Shown here: piece after piece, positions 20,078 to 30,811 of the stretch | Layout: every line of letters starts with the position of its first letter | Position numbering within the stretch: position 1 is the first letter of the stretch | NCBI GenBank assembly: GCA_963709585.1 | Contig: CAVPXI010000007.1 | Span: forward strand, 448,001-512,000 | Direction: 5' to 3' | Origin: Candidatus Dormiibacterota bacterium | Lineage (GTDB): Bacteria; Chloroflexota; Dormibacteria; Aeolococcales; Aeolococcaceae | DNA: 64,000 bases | Notes under the pieces: model-generated | Seen by the model: the letters and a program-made list of their open reading frames with translations, nothing else | Told to the model about the DNA's origin: nothing | Databases searched by the model: none | Translations under genes and position numbers: made by a program

Positions 20078-20115
20078 GACGTGAAGCTCAGACGTGAAGC
20101 TTAGGACGTGAAGCT
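20078..20115. repeat. Triple direct repeat GACGTGAAGCT
   Basis: Copies at 20078, 20091 and 20105; the third lies in the tldE 3' end. Confidence 0.85.
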
Positions 20116-21427
20116 GAATCGTCCGATGTGCAGCCAGGGTGACAGCACGCCGGACTCGCCCTCGCCGAGTTCGAGCCGCCGCTCTCGGCTGACGTTCACG
20201 ACGTTGGCGAGGGCTTCGACGATGCTCTGCGTGAAGCGCAGATCCTTCACCGGGCGCGTGATGCGGCCGTTCTCGATAAGAAACGTCCCCTCGCGAGTCA
20301 TCCCGGTGATCACGGTTCGCAGCGGGTGCACGTCACGCACGTACCAGAACCTCGTGACGTACAGGCCGCGCGATACCGATTCCACCATCTCGTGCCACGG
20401 GGTCTCGCCGGCATCCATCCCGACGTGACGGGGGAGTGGCCCCCACGTGTTCGGCTGGGGGAGCGAATGACCCGTCGAAGCGACGCCGTCCTGCAGCGCG
20501 GTGGGGGTGTCGTAGACGACCGCCGCGCAGACGCCGCGATCGACCAGCGTCACCGGTTGTGTCGAGACGCCCTCGTCGTCGAACGGGAACGGGAAGATGT
20601 CGGGCGTGCGTGCGTCGTCGCGAATCGTGATCCGGTCGCTCATGAGCTGCTCGCCGATGCGCATGAAACTTCTGTGCTCCTGCACCGCGAGCGCGCTGAA
20701 CCCGACCCAGGAGAGGTGTTCGAGCAGGTCGGTCACCGCGTATGGCGAGAGAATGACCTCGTAGTCGCCGGGGGCGATCGCCGTCGCCATCTGGTTGCGC
20801 TCGCAGGTGTCGACCACCTCGACCGCGAGGCCGCTGACATCGAGCTCGTCGATATCGGCGGAATGTCGTGACGCGTATCCACCGCCGTCGTCGCCACGGG
20901 CGACGGACACGAGGTTCGCCCGAGTTCGTGGTCGCGGACCGGCGCAGCCCGGCGCTCGTGACGATCGCCGTGGTGGTTGTCGTCGTGCTCAGCGCCCCGT
21001 ACGCGTTGAGGCCGTGAGCGCCTGCCGCGTCGGTGATGACCGAGACCAGCTCGGCGCGTTGCTGCGGGGTCGCCGCGGCGGTCGCATCCGCGAACGCGAC
21101 AGCATCGACGCCACTTGCCGGCGTCGGTCGCGGCAGAGGCGACACACCGGACGCGGTGGTGACACGCCGGCTCTCCTCGGCCGCGGCGAAAGCCAGCGCG
21201 ATGGCCCCCTCGCCATGACCGCGCACCTCGCCGACGCCGATGCGCCCTCCATCGATCAACCGAACCCTGATGTGGCGGAATTGCTCGCCGACGCTCTGAT
21301 GGATCTCGTTGCCGGCGAAACGGGTCAGTTCGCTACGCGAGTTGGCGATCACCACCTCCGCCTCCCCGCGCGCGAGGGAGGCCAGTGCCCCGTCCCCCAT
21401 GGCGAGCAACTCGTAACCGGCGCTCAT
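20101..21427 (-). CDS. tldE: TldE/PmbA family protein (frameshift near 20925)
   Basis: LTRFAGNEIHQ, PFDDEG, GLYVTRFWY and TGMTREG; paired with tldD. Confidence 0.85.
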
Positions 21428-22867
21428 CGCGCCGGCTCGACCCGAACATTCCGGAAGCGACACGGGGCTGCGCCATGCCCGACATGCATCAGCTGCGAAG
21501 GCTGGCCCTTGCCGCAGTTCACCACGCCGAACATCTGCCATTCCGATGGCCCGGCGACCGCGTCGCACGACCCCCAGAACTCGGGCGTCTGACCACTGTA
21601 GATCGGGTTGCGCACCAACCGGGTCCGCACCCCATCGACGATCTCCCAGCCGTTCTGGGTGCCGAACTGGAAGTTGAGGCGGCGGTCGTCGATGCTCCAG
21701 GACCGGTTGGTCTCCAGGTACACGCCGTGCTCGGTGGTGGCGATCATCTCCTCGAGGCTGGAGGTTCCCGGCTCGAGGTTGATATTGGTCATGCGGATGA
21801 TCGGCAGCCGCGACCAGCCGTCGGCGCGCATCGCACCGTTGCTCACCTGGCCGATCGCCGCAGCGGTCTCGCGCGACGAGAGGTACCCCGTGAAGATGCC
21901 CTGGTCGACCAGCACCGAGCGTTGCGCGGCGACGCCCTCGTCATCCCAGCCAAAGGTGCCGAGCCCCGGCGCCCGCGTGGAGTTGGCGGTCATGGTCACC
22001 TGCTCGCTCCCATAGCGAAAGGTCCCGAGCAGGTCGGGGGTCAGAAAGGACATGCCTGCATATGCAGCCTCGTGTCCGAGCACGCGGTCGAGCTCGGTCG
22101 GATGGCCGCACGAACTCATGGACCTGAAGCGCCGCCTGGGTCGCGTCGAGGATGACGGTCATCCGCCCCTCGGGACACGGCGGCGCCGTCAAGAGTGCGA
22201 CCGCTTCCTCAGCGATCCGCTCAGCGCTCCCGGGGAGGTCGAACGCCTCGACGGCCTCCCAGCCGGCACAGATCCGATGGCGTCCGAAGCTGTTCGGAAA
22301 GCTCCGCGTCTGCACCTCGTCGTCGCTGGTGGCGGTCGCATCGAGGCCACCACCGGATTCGATGATCGTCTGGTCGAGCACCGCCCCTTCGCTGCTCGCG
22401 AAGTGCCGCACCTCACGAACGAATTCGAGCGAGCATTCCCGGACCCGGATCTGGGGAAGGTGCGACATGGCCAGGTCGGTGCGCATCAGCAGGCCCACCT
22501 TGTCGTCCAGGGACACCGCGAAGGGGTCGCGAACCACCGGCGTCCGGTACTCGCCGACGAGCGCCGGGGCGGAAGCCAGGCGCACCGGCGTGCGATTGAC
22601 GCGGGCCGAGGCTTTCGCGATGCTGACCGCGTGGCGGGCGGTCTCCTCCACGCTCGCCGCGCCGAGATCGTCGACTCCGGCGAACCCCCAGGCCCCACCC
22701 GCGATCACGCGGATGCCGATGCCCTCATCCTCGAAGAGCTCCACCGAGGCGACCGCGCCGTTCTTGACGGTGATCCGCTGCACCGTGCGATTGATGACCC
22801 TGCAGTCGGCATACGAAGCGCCGGCAGCCGACGCTGCATCGAGCGCTCGTTCGCTGAGATGACGCAC
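21424..22867 (-). CDS. tldD: TldD family metalloprotease (frameshift near 22114)
   Basis: Corrected HESCGHPTELDR metal motif; WDDEG, IIRMTN and CGKGQP. Confidence 0.9.
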
Positions 22868-22910
22868 GAGGGCGGAGTATAGGGGCCGTCAGGCCGCCGG
22901 ACGCGGCGGC

Positions 22911-24911
22911 CTACCCGGCACAGTTTGCCGCGGTGCAGTACCAGGCGGCGGTGTCGAAGTCAGGGATGAAATCGTTTTGCACGACGCCGTGCAGGCTTGA
23001 CGAGTAGGTGTTGACGACAACTTGCTGGAACAGCGGGATCGCGGGCAGCAGGGTGGCCAGGCGCTGATCGGCGAGCGCGTACTCGTGCACGCGCGCAGTG
23101 AGATCGGCGCTGGTGCGAGCCTGATCGAGGTCGCTGTCGAGCTGGGCGTCGTTGAGCCCGCTGAAGTTCATGCCAACCCCGAGATTCGCGCTCGAAGGAA
23201 TCGAGTCCGCATACGGACAGCCGCCCCCGCAGTCACCGTGCCAGGTCGACGAGTAGGTATCGGGCTCACCGGGAAGCCCGAGGCCCACGGTGTAGAGCGC
23301 CATGTCGAACGCATGGGTCGCGAGCGCGCCGCCATCGGCAAAGGCGGCGAAGAATTTCGCCGCGACGAGGTTCGGCTCGAAGGCAGACGGCACGTTGATG
23401 CCGATCTTGGCCAGATCAGCGCTGATCATCGACTCGACGGTCAGGCGCACCGGATCGTCGCTGGTGGTTCCGACGTTGACCACGATGCACGTACCGTCCT
23501 TGGCGGCGCGAAAATCCTGGCCGTCCGGGGCGGTGCCGCACTTGGTCGCCCGCGTGTCGCCGGCGGCGTCGAGCATCGAGTTCGCCGTCGCCGGGTCGAA
23601 GCCGGTGGTGGGGACGCCGGCGCCGCTGAGGTAAGTCGCTCCGAGGCTCATCCAGGAGTTGGGTGGCACGGTCGTGATTCCGGGCGCGACCGCTTTCACG
23701 ATCGCCTGTCTGTCGATGCCGAGGAGGATCGCCTTGCGGATTGTCGGGTCCGACGTGTCCTCGTTCTCATCGGCTGCAGGGTTGTCGCACTGGCCTCCGT
23801 CCGCTGCGCAGAGATTGAACATCAGGACCTCGGCTCCGGAGCCCGCCACCGGGTCGACGGTCAGCGGAACCGTGTGCGCACGCACCGCCGCCTCGAGAGA
23901 CGGCAGCGCCGCCAGTCCGAGATTCAACCCGACCTGGACGGCGCCGGAGCGCACGTCCTTCTCCTCGGTCGCGAGGTCGGGCTCGATCCTGAAGACGATC
24001 TTGTCGAGATGCGCCAGGGCCGTCTGGTTCCAGTAGTCGGGATTGCGCACGAGCACGACCTGGGACCCGGGGCGGTCGCTCGACATCACGAAGGGTCCGG
24101 TGCCGTCGAGCGCGGTGCTGAGCGTCGCGGTGCCCTTGAAGGCGGCCGCGTTGCCCGTGCCTTTGGTCAGGTCGAGGCTGGTCGGGCTCGACTCGAGGTT
24201 GCCACCTGAGGCAAGGAGCGGGTCGAGCACCGCGGCCGGGAGGATGCCCTCGACACCGCTGCCAAGCGCGAGATACGGACCGTACTGCGACTTGAAGTCG
24301 ACGACCGCCGTCGAGCTGTCCATCTCGGTGCACTTGATCACTTGATTCCAGCCCGCGGTGGAGGCCAGCGGCGTGGGGCTCGGTTTGCCGAGCGCGCCGT
24401 AGGCGAGCCAGTGGAACTCAAACGTATCGCACACGTCGTGCGACGTCAGGGAGCTGCCGTCATCCCAGCGCACACCCTGCCTGAGGTGCCAGGTGACACA
24501 CATCGCCGCCTTGGCATCGGCGCAGCCGCTGGTCAGGACACCACCATCGGCAACGGTCGGGACCGCGGTCGCCAGGTCAGGAGTCCAGTAGTCGGCCTCA
24601 GATGTCGAGGTCGATGTAGCCGCCGATGATCGATACCAGAGCAGCCCCTCCTCGACGGGCGCCGCGATGACGTCCGCAAAGGGGAGATTCCCGGTGATCC
24701 CGTCGTCGAGCAGGGTCGTCGGCGCCTGCCAGACCCCGACCGTGAGGACCCCTCCCTGGGCGGCGGTGCCGCCGGGGAGGCTGGTCGGCGATTTGGTCGG
24801 GGATGACGGTGTGCAGCCGGCGAGCACGACGGCCAGGACCGCGACCGGCGGCATCGCACGACGCCATCGCTTGCGGGTCGAGGGCTCAGGGAGGAAGCGC
24901 GCTACACACAC
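22911..24911 (-). CDS. ABC transporter substrate-binding lipoprotein, family 5 (peptide/nickel), orphan
   Basis: Lipobox VLAGC, LRQGVRWDDG, GTGPF and RNPDYW. No permease genes adjacent; start inferred. Confidence 0.85.
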   Translation of the reverse strand: MCVARFLPEPSTRKRWRRAMPPVAVLAVVLAGCTPSSPTKSPTSLPGGTAAQGGVLTVGVWQAPTTLLDDGITGNLPFADVIAAPVEEGLLWYRSSAATSTSTSEADYWTPDLATAVPTVADGGVLTSGCADAKAAMCVTWHLRQGVRWDDGSSLTSHDVCDTFEFHWLAYGALGKPSPTPLASTAGWNQVIKCTEMDSSTAVVDFKSQYGPYLALGSGVEGILPAAVLDPLLASGGNLESSPTSLDLTKGTGNAAAFKGTATLSTALDGTGPFVMSSDRPGSQVVLVRNPDYWNQTALAHLDKIVFRIEPDLATEEKDVRSGAVQVGLNLGLAALPSLEAAVRAHTVPLTVDPVAGSGAEVLMFNLCAADGGQCDNPAADENEDTSDPTIRKAILLGIDRQAIVKAVAPGITTVPPNSWMSLGATYLSGAGVPTTGFDPATANSMLDAAGDTRATKCGTAPDGQDFRAAKDGTCIVVNVGTTSDDPVRLTVESMISADLAKIGINVPSAFEPNLVAAKFFAAFADGGALATHAFDMALYTVGLGLPGEPDTYSSTWHGDCGGGCPYADSIPSSANLGVGMNFSGLNDAQLDSDLDQARTSADLTARVHEYALADQRLATLLPAIPLFQQVVVNTYSSSLHGVVQNDFIPDFDTAAWYCTAANCAG

Positions 24912-25005
24912 GAGCGTGCATTGTGCCCCGCCCGTATAGTGGAACCGGAGTGGTCGATGGGCTAATGGGGACATTCGCGGCTCGGGCGGGATCTGGAGAC
25001 ACGCC

Positions 25006-26942
25006 ATGAGAATCGGCCCCGGGAGACTTCCGCGCAGGCGCGACCCGAGACGGCGATTTCGCAATCGCCTGCTCGTCGGGATGGTGGGGGTCGCGTTGCT
25101 GCCGCTGGTCGCCTTCGCGGTGCTCGCGGTGTTCGAGCTCGACACCGTGGCCAAAAGCACCGCTAATGCAACCGAGACGGCAATCCTGCAGCATCAGCAA
25201 ACGCTCGCTGATTCGGCGCTCGACGCTCGCGCCTCCTACCTCGACGCGCGCATGACCGACATCGACAATGCCGTTCAGGAAGTGAGTGGCGCGCTCGCGA
25301 AGGCCATGACCGCCAACCCCACAACCGCGACGCTGCCGGCCATCAAGAAGCTCACGCCGCTCGGCACCTCCTTCGGCTACGTCTCCGGCGGCGGGAGCAC
25401 GTTGATTCTGCCCGTCGGCACATCCTCCGACGCACGCTTTGTCAGAGCCAGCGAAACTCCGGCTGTCGAGTTGCAGGTGGCGGCGATCCTCAAGAACCCG
25501 GTCATCAACGCGGTGTGGTTCCAGGACGCCAAGACCGGAGCGCTGCGTGCCTACCCGGTGTTCACCCCGACGAGTGGGTCCGAGAACCAGGGGTACGACC
25601 CGGTGTCCCGCTCCCTCGTTCTCAGCAACTCCGAGGGCGGCATCGCGGCCGCCAGCGCACCGAACGACTGGATCCAACAGGGCGCTCCGGGCCGAAGCAC
25701 GGACGGACCATTCTGGACCGACCCCTATTCGCTGCTCGAGGACGGCACAACCGGTGTGAGCGCGTGGTATCAGAACCCGTCGTCCATCCAGGTCGGGGTC
25801 GACGTGTCCGTGCAAAAGCTGATCGCAGCCTCCCCCTCGTCGCCGCCGTGCCGGCGAGCTTCGCCCCGCTCGTCATCAGCGCGACGGGCCGGGTCCTCTA
25901 CAGCTCGCCTCAAGCCATGGTGGATTTTCCCGGCGCCGCGTTGAACTCCGTCTTCACGGTTCCACAGACCCCGCTCCTGAGCTCGCTCCGCCACATCGAG
26001 TCCACGGGCGCGACACCGGACTCACCGCTGATAGGGAGATTCGACAAGGCGAGCACTGACCTGTTCACGGCTCCCGTCTACAGCGCCCACTGGATCGTCA
26101 TCAACCCGATCCCGGTGAGCGCCCTCGAGCCAAACCTCAGCGCGCTCACCCTCGGGGTCAACGACAGCGTCCACCGTCTGTTCCCGGTCACGGTGCTGCC
26201 GGTGCTCATCCTCCTGGTCGGCCTGGCGTTCATCGCGACCACGCTGCTGTCGCGCCGCATGTATTTGCCGGTGCAGGCCCTCACCGACCATGCGGTGCTC
26301 GAGGAGCGCACCCGGCTCGCACGGGAGATTCACGACACGCTCGCCCAGCAGTTGACCGGCATCGTGCTCGAGCTCGAGGCTGCCGACACGCTCCTGAATC
26401 GCGGGTCGGAGGGGCGTGCCAAGTCGTCGGTTGAGAAGGCCCGCGAGCTCGCCCGAGGCGCGCTCCAGGAGGCGCGGCGGTCGGTCTGGAACCTTCGGCC
26501 GGCGCCCCTGTCGGCCAGCGGCCTCGTCGCTGCGATCGGCCACGAGGTCGAAGCATGGGAGGAGCGCACCGGAATCCCCGCACGGTTCAAGGCGCGCGCG
26601 GTGCCGGCGCACCCGGCGCTGTCGCCGACCGCCGAGGTCGCGCTCCTCCGCATCGGCCAGGAGGCACTCTCCAACGCGGCACGGCACGGCAAGCCCGAAC
26701 ACGTCGACGTCGAGTTGCGTGCCCACGCGCAGGAGCTGGTGCTCTCGATCCGCGACGACGGTGTCGGATTCGATCCCGCGGCCAGCGCGCCGCGCGAGGA
26801 CTGTTTCGGCCTCGACGGGATGGCCGAGCGCGCGCGCAACGCGGGCGGGACGCTGACAGTGGTGAGCGCACCCGGGCACGGGACCACGGTGACCACCAGG
26901 CTCCCATTCACCGAGGCCGTGGCTGAGGCGGTGAGCGCGTGA
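25006..26942 (+). CDS. Sensor histidine kinase, HisKA_3 (NarX/DegS type), with extracellular Cache-like region (frameshift near 25830)
   Basis: EERTRLAREIHD, QEALSNAARH, DDGVGFD and FGLDGMAER; WTDPY Cache-like motif; two TM helices. Confidence 0.85.
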
Positions 26943-27541
26943 TCAGCGTGCTCGTGGCCGACGATCATCCCGTGGTTCGGGACGGTCTCTGCACGATGCT
27001 CGAGCTCGAGCCGGACATCAAGGTGGTCGGGCGGGCATCGGACGGTGTCGAGGCCGTCGAGCAGGCGCGTCGGACCCACCCCGACGTGATCCTCCTCGAC
27101 GTCCAGATGCCGGTGATGGACGGCATCGAAGCGCTCCGCAAGATCCGCGCTCGCGACCCCGAGGCTCGCGTGATCGTGCTCACCACCTATCGCAACGAGG
27201 ACTACATCTTTCCTTCGCTCAAGGCAGGCGCGCTCGGCTACCTGCTCAAGGACGCGACCCGCGAGGAGCTTGCCGGCGCCATCCGCGCGGTCGCCGCTGG
27301 GGAATCGCTCCTCGATCCACAGCTGGTCAGCGCCGCCGCCGAGCACATGCCCTCGATCACCCGACGCGAGCGTGACGTGTTGCGGCTGATGGCCGACGGC
27401 AAGAACAACGCCGAGATCGCGGTGCTGCTCTTCCTCAGCGAGAACACGGTGAAGACGCACGTCAGCAACATCCTCGAGAAGCTCGGCTGCAAGGATCGCG
27501 CCGCCGCGGTGCTCCTGGCCTGGAGACGCCACATCATCTGA
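26939..27541 (+). CDS. NarL/LuxR-family response regulator
   Basis: ADDHPVVR, LLDVQMP, and HTH TRRERDVL...TVKTHVSNI. Confidence 0.95.
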   Translation: MISVLVADDHPVVRDGLCTMLELEPDIKVVGRASDGVEAVEQARRTHPDVILLDVQMPVMDGIEALRKIRARDPEARVIVLTTYRNEDYIFPSLKAGALGYLLKDATREELAGAIRAVAAGESLLDPQLVSAAAEHMPSITRRERDVLRLMADGKNNAEIAVLLFLSENTVKTHVSNILEKLGCKDRAAAVLLAWRRHII

Positions 27542-27563
27542 GCCCCAATAGACTGTCCCGGCA

Positions 27564-28835
27564 ATGGAATCTGTGGGCATCGGGTTGCTCGGGCTCGGCA
27601 CGGTGGGAAGCGAGGTCGCCAGGCGCCTCATCGAGGAGTGGGAGTTGCTCGGCGAGCGCGCCGGCGCGACCCCGGTGCTGCGCAGTGTTGCGGTGCGGGA
27701 CGTCGCCCGAACCCGGGGCGTGCACCTGAAGAACGTCCGGCTCGTCGCCGACCCCGAGGCCGTGGTTGCCGATCCCGCAGTCGCGATCGTCGTCGAGGTG
27801 ATCGGCGGCACCGATCCGGCAACCGCCCTGATCGAGTCGGCGCTGCGAGCCGGCAAGACGGTGGTGACGGCCAACAAGGCCGTGATCGCCGCGTCCGGGC
27901 CGCGCCTGAGCGCGCTCGCGGCCGAGAACGGCGCCCACCTGTATTTCGAAGCGAGCGTGGGCGCCGGACTGCCGATCGTCGCGCTCCTGCGCGGAAGCCT
28001 GCTCGGTGATCGCATCTCGGCGCTCGACTGCGTGATCAACGGCACAACCAACGTCATCCTCACCCAGATGCGGACGGCGGGCATGAGCTTCGAGAGCGCG
28101 CTCGCCGATGCCCGGCGACGCGGCTTTGCCGAAGCGGACCCATCGCTCGACGTCGATGGCTGGGACGCCGCCCACAAGCTCGTGATCCTCGCCTGGCTGG
28201 CGCTCGGCGCATACGTCGCACCCGAAGCCGTCGACCGCGTGGGGATCGGTGACGTGGCCGGGGACGACGTCGCCGCCCTCGCCCAGCTCGGGTACCGGGT
28301 CCGCCTGCTCGCCCACGCCGAGCGGGGGGCAGGCGGTGCCGTCCATCTCAGCGTGCGGCCGACCGCCGTGGGCAGCGGCCAGCTGCTCCACGATGTCGAT
28401 GATGCTGACAATGCTGTCATCATCTCGAGCGACCTCGCGGCGACCGTCATGCTCCGGGGGCTGGGTGCGGGCGGCGCCTCGACCGCGAGCGCGGTGGTGA
28501 GCGACGTGGTCACAGCCGTGCGTGAGCGCGGCGCGTCGCGCGCGCGCGTCGCGGCTGCGCGCCACGACGTGACCCTGCTTGGCGACGAGGACGTGGAGGT
28601 CGCCGGGTACGTTCGTGTCCGGCTCTCCGATGAAGCGGACGCTCGCGCGCTGGTGCTCCAGGCACTCGAGGACCGCGGTCTCGCGGTCGACGCCGCCGTC
28701 GACGTCGCCGGCTCGGAGCTGATCGTGCTCACCGGCGTGGCGCCACGTGCCGTCCACGACCGCGCGCTCGAAACGCTCGACACGCTCACGTCGGTCGATC
28801 AGATTCTCGGCGCCGTCGACCGGGTCGAGGCGTAG
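27564..28835 (+). CDS. hom: Homoserine dehydrogenase
   Basis: GLGTVG, VTANK, FEASVGAGLP, NGTTN and EADPSLDVDG. Confidence 0.95.
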   Translation: MESVGIGLLGLGTVGSEVARRLIEEWELLGERAGATPVLRSVAVRDVARTRGVHLKNVRLVADPEAVVADPAVAIVVEVIGGTDPATALIESALRAGKTVVTANKAVIAASGPRLSALAAENGAHLYFEASVGAGLPIVALLRGSLLGDRISALDCVINGTTNVILTQMRTAGMSFESALADARRRGFAEADPSLDVDGWDAAHKLVILAWLALGAYVAPEAVDRVGIGDVAGDDVAALAQLGYRVRLLAHAERGAGGAVHLSVRPTAVGSGQLLHDVDDADNAVIISSDLAATVMLRGLGAGGASTASAVVSDVVTAVRERGASRARVAAARHDVTLLGDEDVEVAGYVRVRLSDEADARALVLQALEDRGLAVDAAVDVAGSELIVLTGVAPRAVHDRALETLDTLTSVDQILGAVDRVEA

Positions 28836-28845
28836 GCGGCGCGGC

Positions 28846-29904
28846 GTGACCAGCCGCGCTCAGGGCGTCATCGCCCGCTGGGGCGACCGTCTCGCGCTCG
28901 ATCCCGGCGCGCCGCGCATCAGCCTCGGCGAAGGGGCCACGCCGTGCGTGGAGTCGCTGACCATCGGCCCGTCCCTGGGCCTGGCCTCGCTGCACTTCAA
29001 GCTCGAGGGCCTGAATCCGACCGGTTCCTTCAAAGATCGGGGCATGGTGGTCGCGGTGGCGGCGGCGCTCCAGGCGGGCAGCCGGGCGATCATCTGCGCG
29101 TCGACGGGGAACACCAGCGCGTCGGCGGCGGCGTACGGCGGGCGCTTCGGGCTGCGCACCGTCGTGGTCGTGCCCCAGGGACACATCGCCTCGGGCAAGC
29201 TGGTCCAGGCACGGGTCCACGGCGCCACCGTCGTGAGCATCACCGGCGGCTTCGACGTCGCCCTCCGCATCGTGCGCGAGCTCTGCGAACGCCACCCGGT
29301 CACGCTGGTCAACAGCCTGAACCCGAATCGCATCGAGGGCCAGAAGACGGCGGCGTTCGAGATCGTCGAGGAGCTCGGCGATGCCCCCGACGTGCTCGCG
29401 CTTCCCGTCGGCAATGCGGGCAACATCACCGCCTACTGGCGCGGATTTCGCGAGGATCACCGCGACGGGCGCGCCAGCCGGCTGCCCCGGATGTTCGGTG
29501 GCCAGGCGTCGGGGGCGGCGCCACTCGTCCTGGGACGGCCGGTCGACGATCCGCAGACGGTCGCGACCGCGATCCGGATCGGCAATCCGGCCTCGTGGCA
29601 GGGCGCGATCGAGGCTCGCGACCAGTCGGAGGGGATGATCGCCGCGGTCGGAGACGACGCCATCCTCGACGCCCAGCGGCGCCTGGCACGGCTCGAGGGG
29701 ATCTTCTGCGAGCCGGCGTCGGCCGCGTCGCTCGCCGTCCTAGAGCGCGCGATCGCGGAGGGGGCGGTGGCCACGGGGACCCACGCCGTCTGCGTGCTCA
29801 CCGGCAACGGGTTGAAGGATCCGAGCGCGGTCGAGGCCACACTCACGCCGATCCTCGAGATTCCGGCCGACGCGAGCGCTCTGGCAAGCGCGGTCGAGCT
29901 CTGA
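28846..29904 (+). CDS. thrC: Threonine synthase
   Basis: NPTGSFKDRG, ASTGNTS, PVGNAGN and TGNGLKD. Confidence 0.95.
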   Translation: MTSRAQGVIARWGDRLALDPGAPRISLGEGATPCVESLTIGPSLGLASLHFKLEGLNPTGSFKDRGMVVAVAAALQAGSRAIICASTGNTSASAAAYGGRFGLRTVVVVPQGHIASGKLVQARVHGATVVSITGGFDVALRIVRELCERHPVTLVNSLNPNRIEGQKTAAFEIVEELGDAPDVLALPVGNAGNITAYWRGFREDHRDGRASRLPRMFGGQASGAAPLVLGRPVDDPQTVATAIRIGNPASWQGAIEARDQSEGMIAAVGDDAILDAQRRLARLEGIFCEPASAASLAVLERAIAEGAVATGTHAVCVLTGNGLKDPSAVEATLTPILEIPADASALASAVEL

Positions 29905-29914
29905 GCAGCTCGCC

Positions 29915-30811
29915 ATGCGTGTTCGTGTCGCCGTCCCCGCAAGCGTTGCCAACCTCGGACCGGGCTTCGACATCCTCGCGATGGCGCTCCAGCTTCAGAA
30001 CGAGGTCCGTGCCGAGCAGCGACCGGGTGCGCTATCCATCGATGCCGGTCCCGATGCCCCTCTGGAGCTCAACGATCCCGAGCGCAACCTGGTCACCACC
30101 GCCTACTCGCAGTCGTGCGCGGCCCTCGGCGTCCCCGCCGCCGGTGTGCACTTCACATGCGTGAACCGGATTCCGATCGGGAGGGGGATGGGGTCGAGCG
30201 CGGCCGCGGCGCTCGCGGGCGTCCTCGTGGCCACCGCCCTGCACCAGGCGCCGTGGGACGAGGACGACGTGCTCGAGCGCGTCGCGGCGCTCGAGGGCCA
30301 TCGCGACAACGCCGCGGCGGCGCTGCTCGGGGGTCTCGCGATCTGTGCCCCGGATGCCCCGGCGGTCCAGATGGCGGTATCCGACGACCTGCGCGCCGTG
30401 CTCTTCATCCCCGACCTGCCGTTCACGACGACGGAGGCGCGCCAGGTGGTCCCCGCCTCGTTCAGCAGGGCCGATGCGATCTTCAACGCGGGGCGCTGCG
30501 CGCTGCTGGTCCGGGCGCTCGCGCTGGGCGATCACGCCGCGCTCCGCGTGGCCATGCAGGATCGCTGGCATCAGGACGCTCGCTTCGCGCTCATGAAAGG
30601 ACCGCGCGAGATCATCGCCGCGGCAGAAGGTGCCGGGGCGTCCGGCGCGGCGCTCGCTGGTGCGGGGCCGTCGGTGATCGCGCTGACGCCGCTTGACCCG
30701 GCGCCGATCGTCGCCGCGATGGCCGCTGCGGCGGCGAGCATGGGCGTGAGCGGAGGGACCATGGTGCTGCGACCGCGCAACTACGGCACCCGGGTGGACG
30801 TGTCGCCGTGA
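29915..30811 (+). CDS. thrB: Homoserine kinase
   Basis: PASVANLGPGFD, PIGRGMGSS, EGHRDN and GAGPS. Confidence 0.95.
   Translation: MRVRVAVPASVANLGPGFDILAMALQLQNEVRAEQRPGALSIDAGPDAPLELNDPERNLVTTAYSQSCAALGVPAAGVHFTCVNRIPIGRGMGSSAAAALAGVLVATALHQAPWDEDDVLERVAALEGHRDNAAAALLGGLAICAPDAPAVQMAVSDDLRAVLFIPDLPFTTTEARQVVPASFSRADAIFNAGRCALLVRALALGDHAALRVAMQDRWHQDARFALMKGPREIIAAAEGAGASGAALAGAGPSVIALTPLDPAPIVAAMAAAAASMGVSGGTMVLRPRNYGTRVDVSP

Noticed and set aside
20101-22867. Pseudogenisation or programmed frameshifting of tldD/E and the other split genes
   Set aside because: No slippery heptamers or decay are visible, and the breaks share the GASTC context, which points to sequencing artefacts.
21424-22867. 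RiPP (microcin-type) cluster around TldD/E
   Set aside because: No precursor peptide, YcaO or other modifying enzyme is adjacent.
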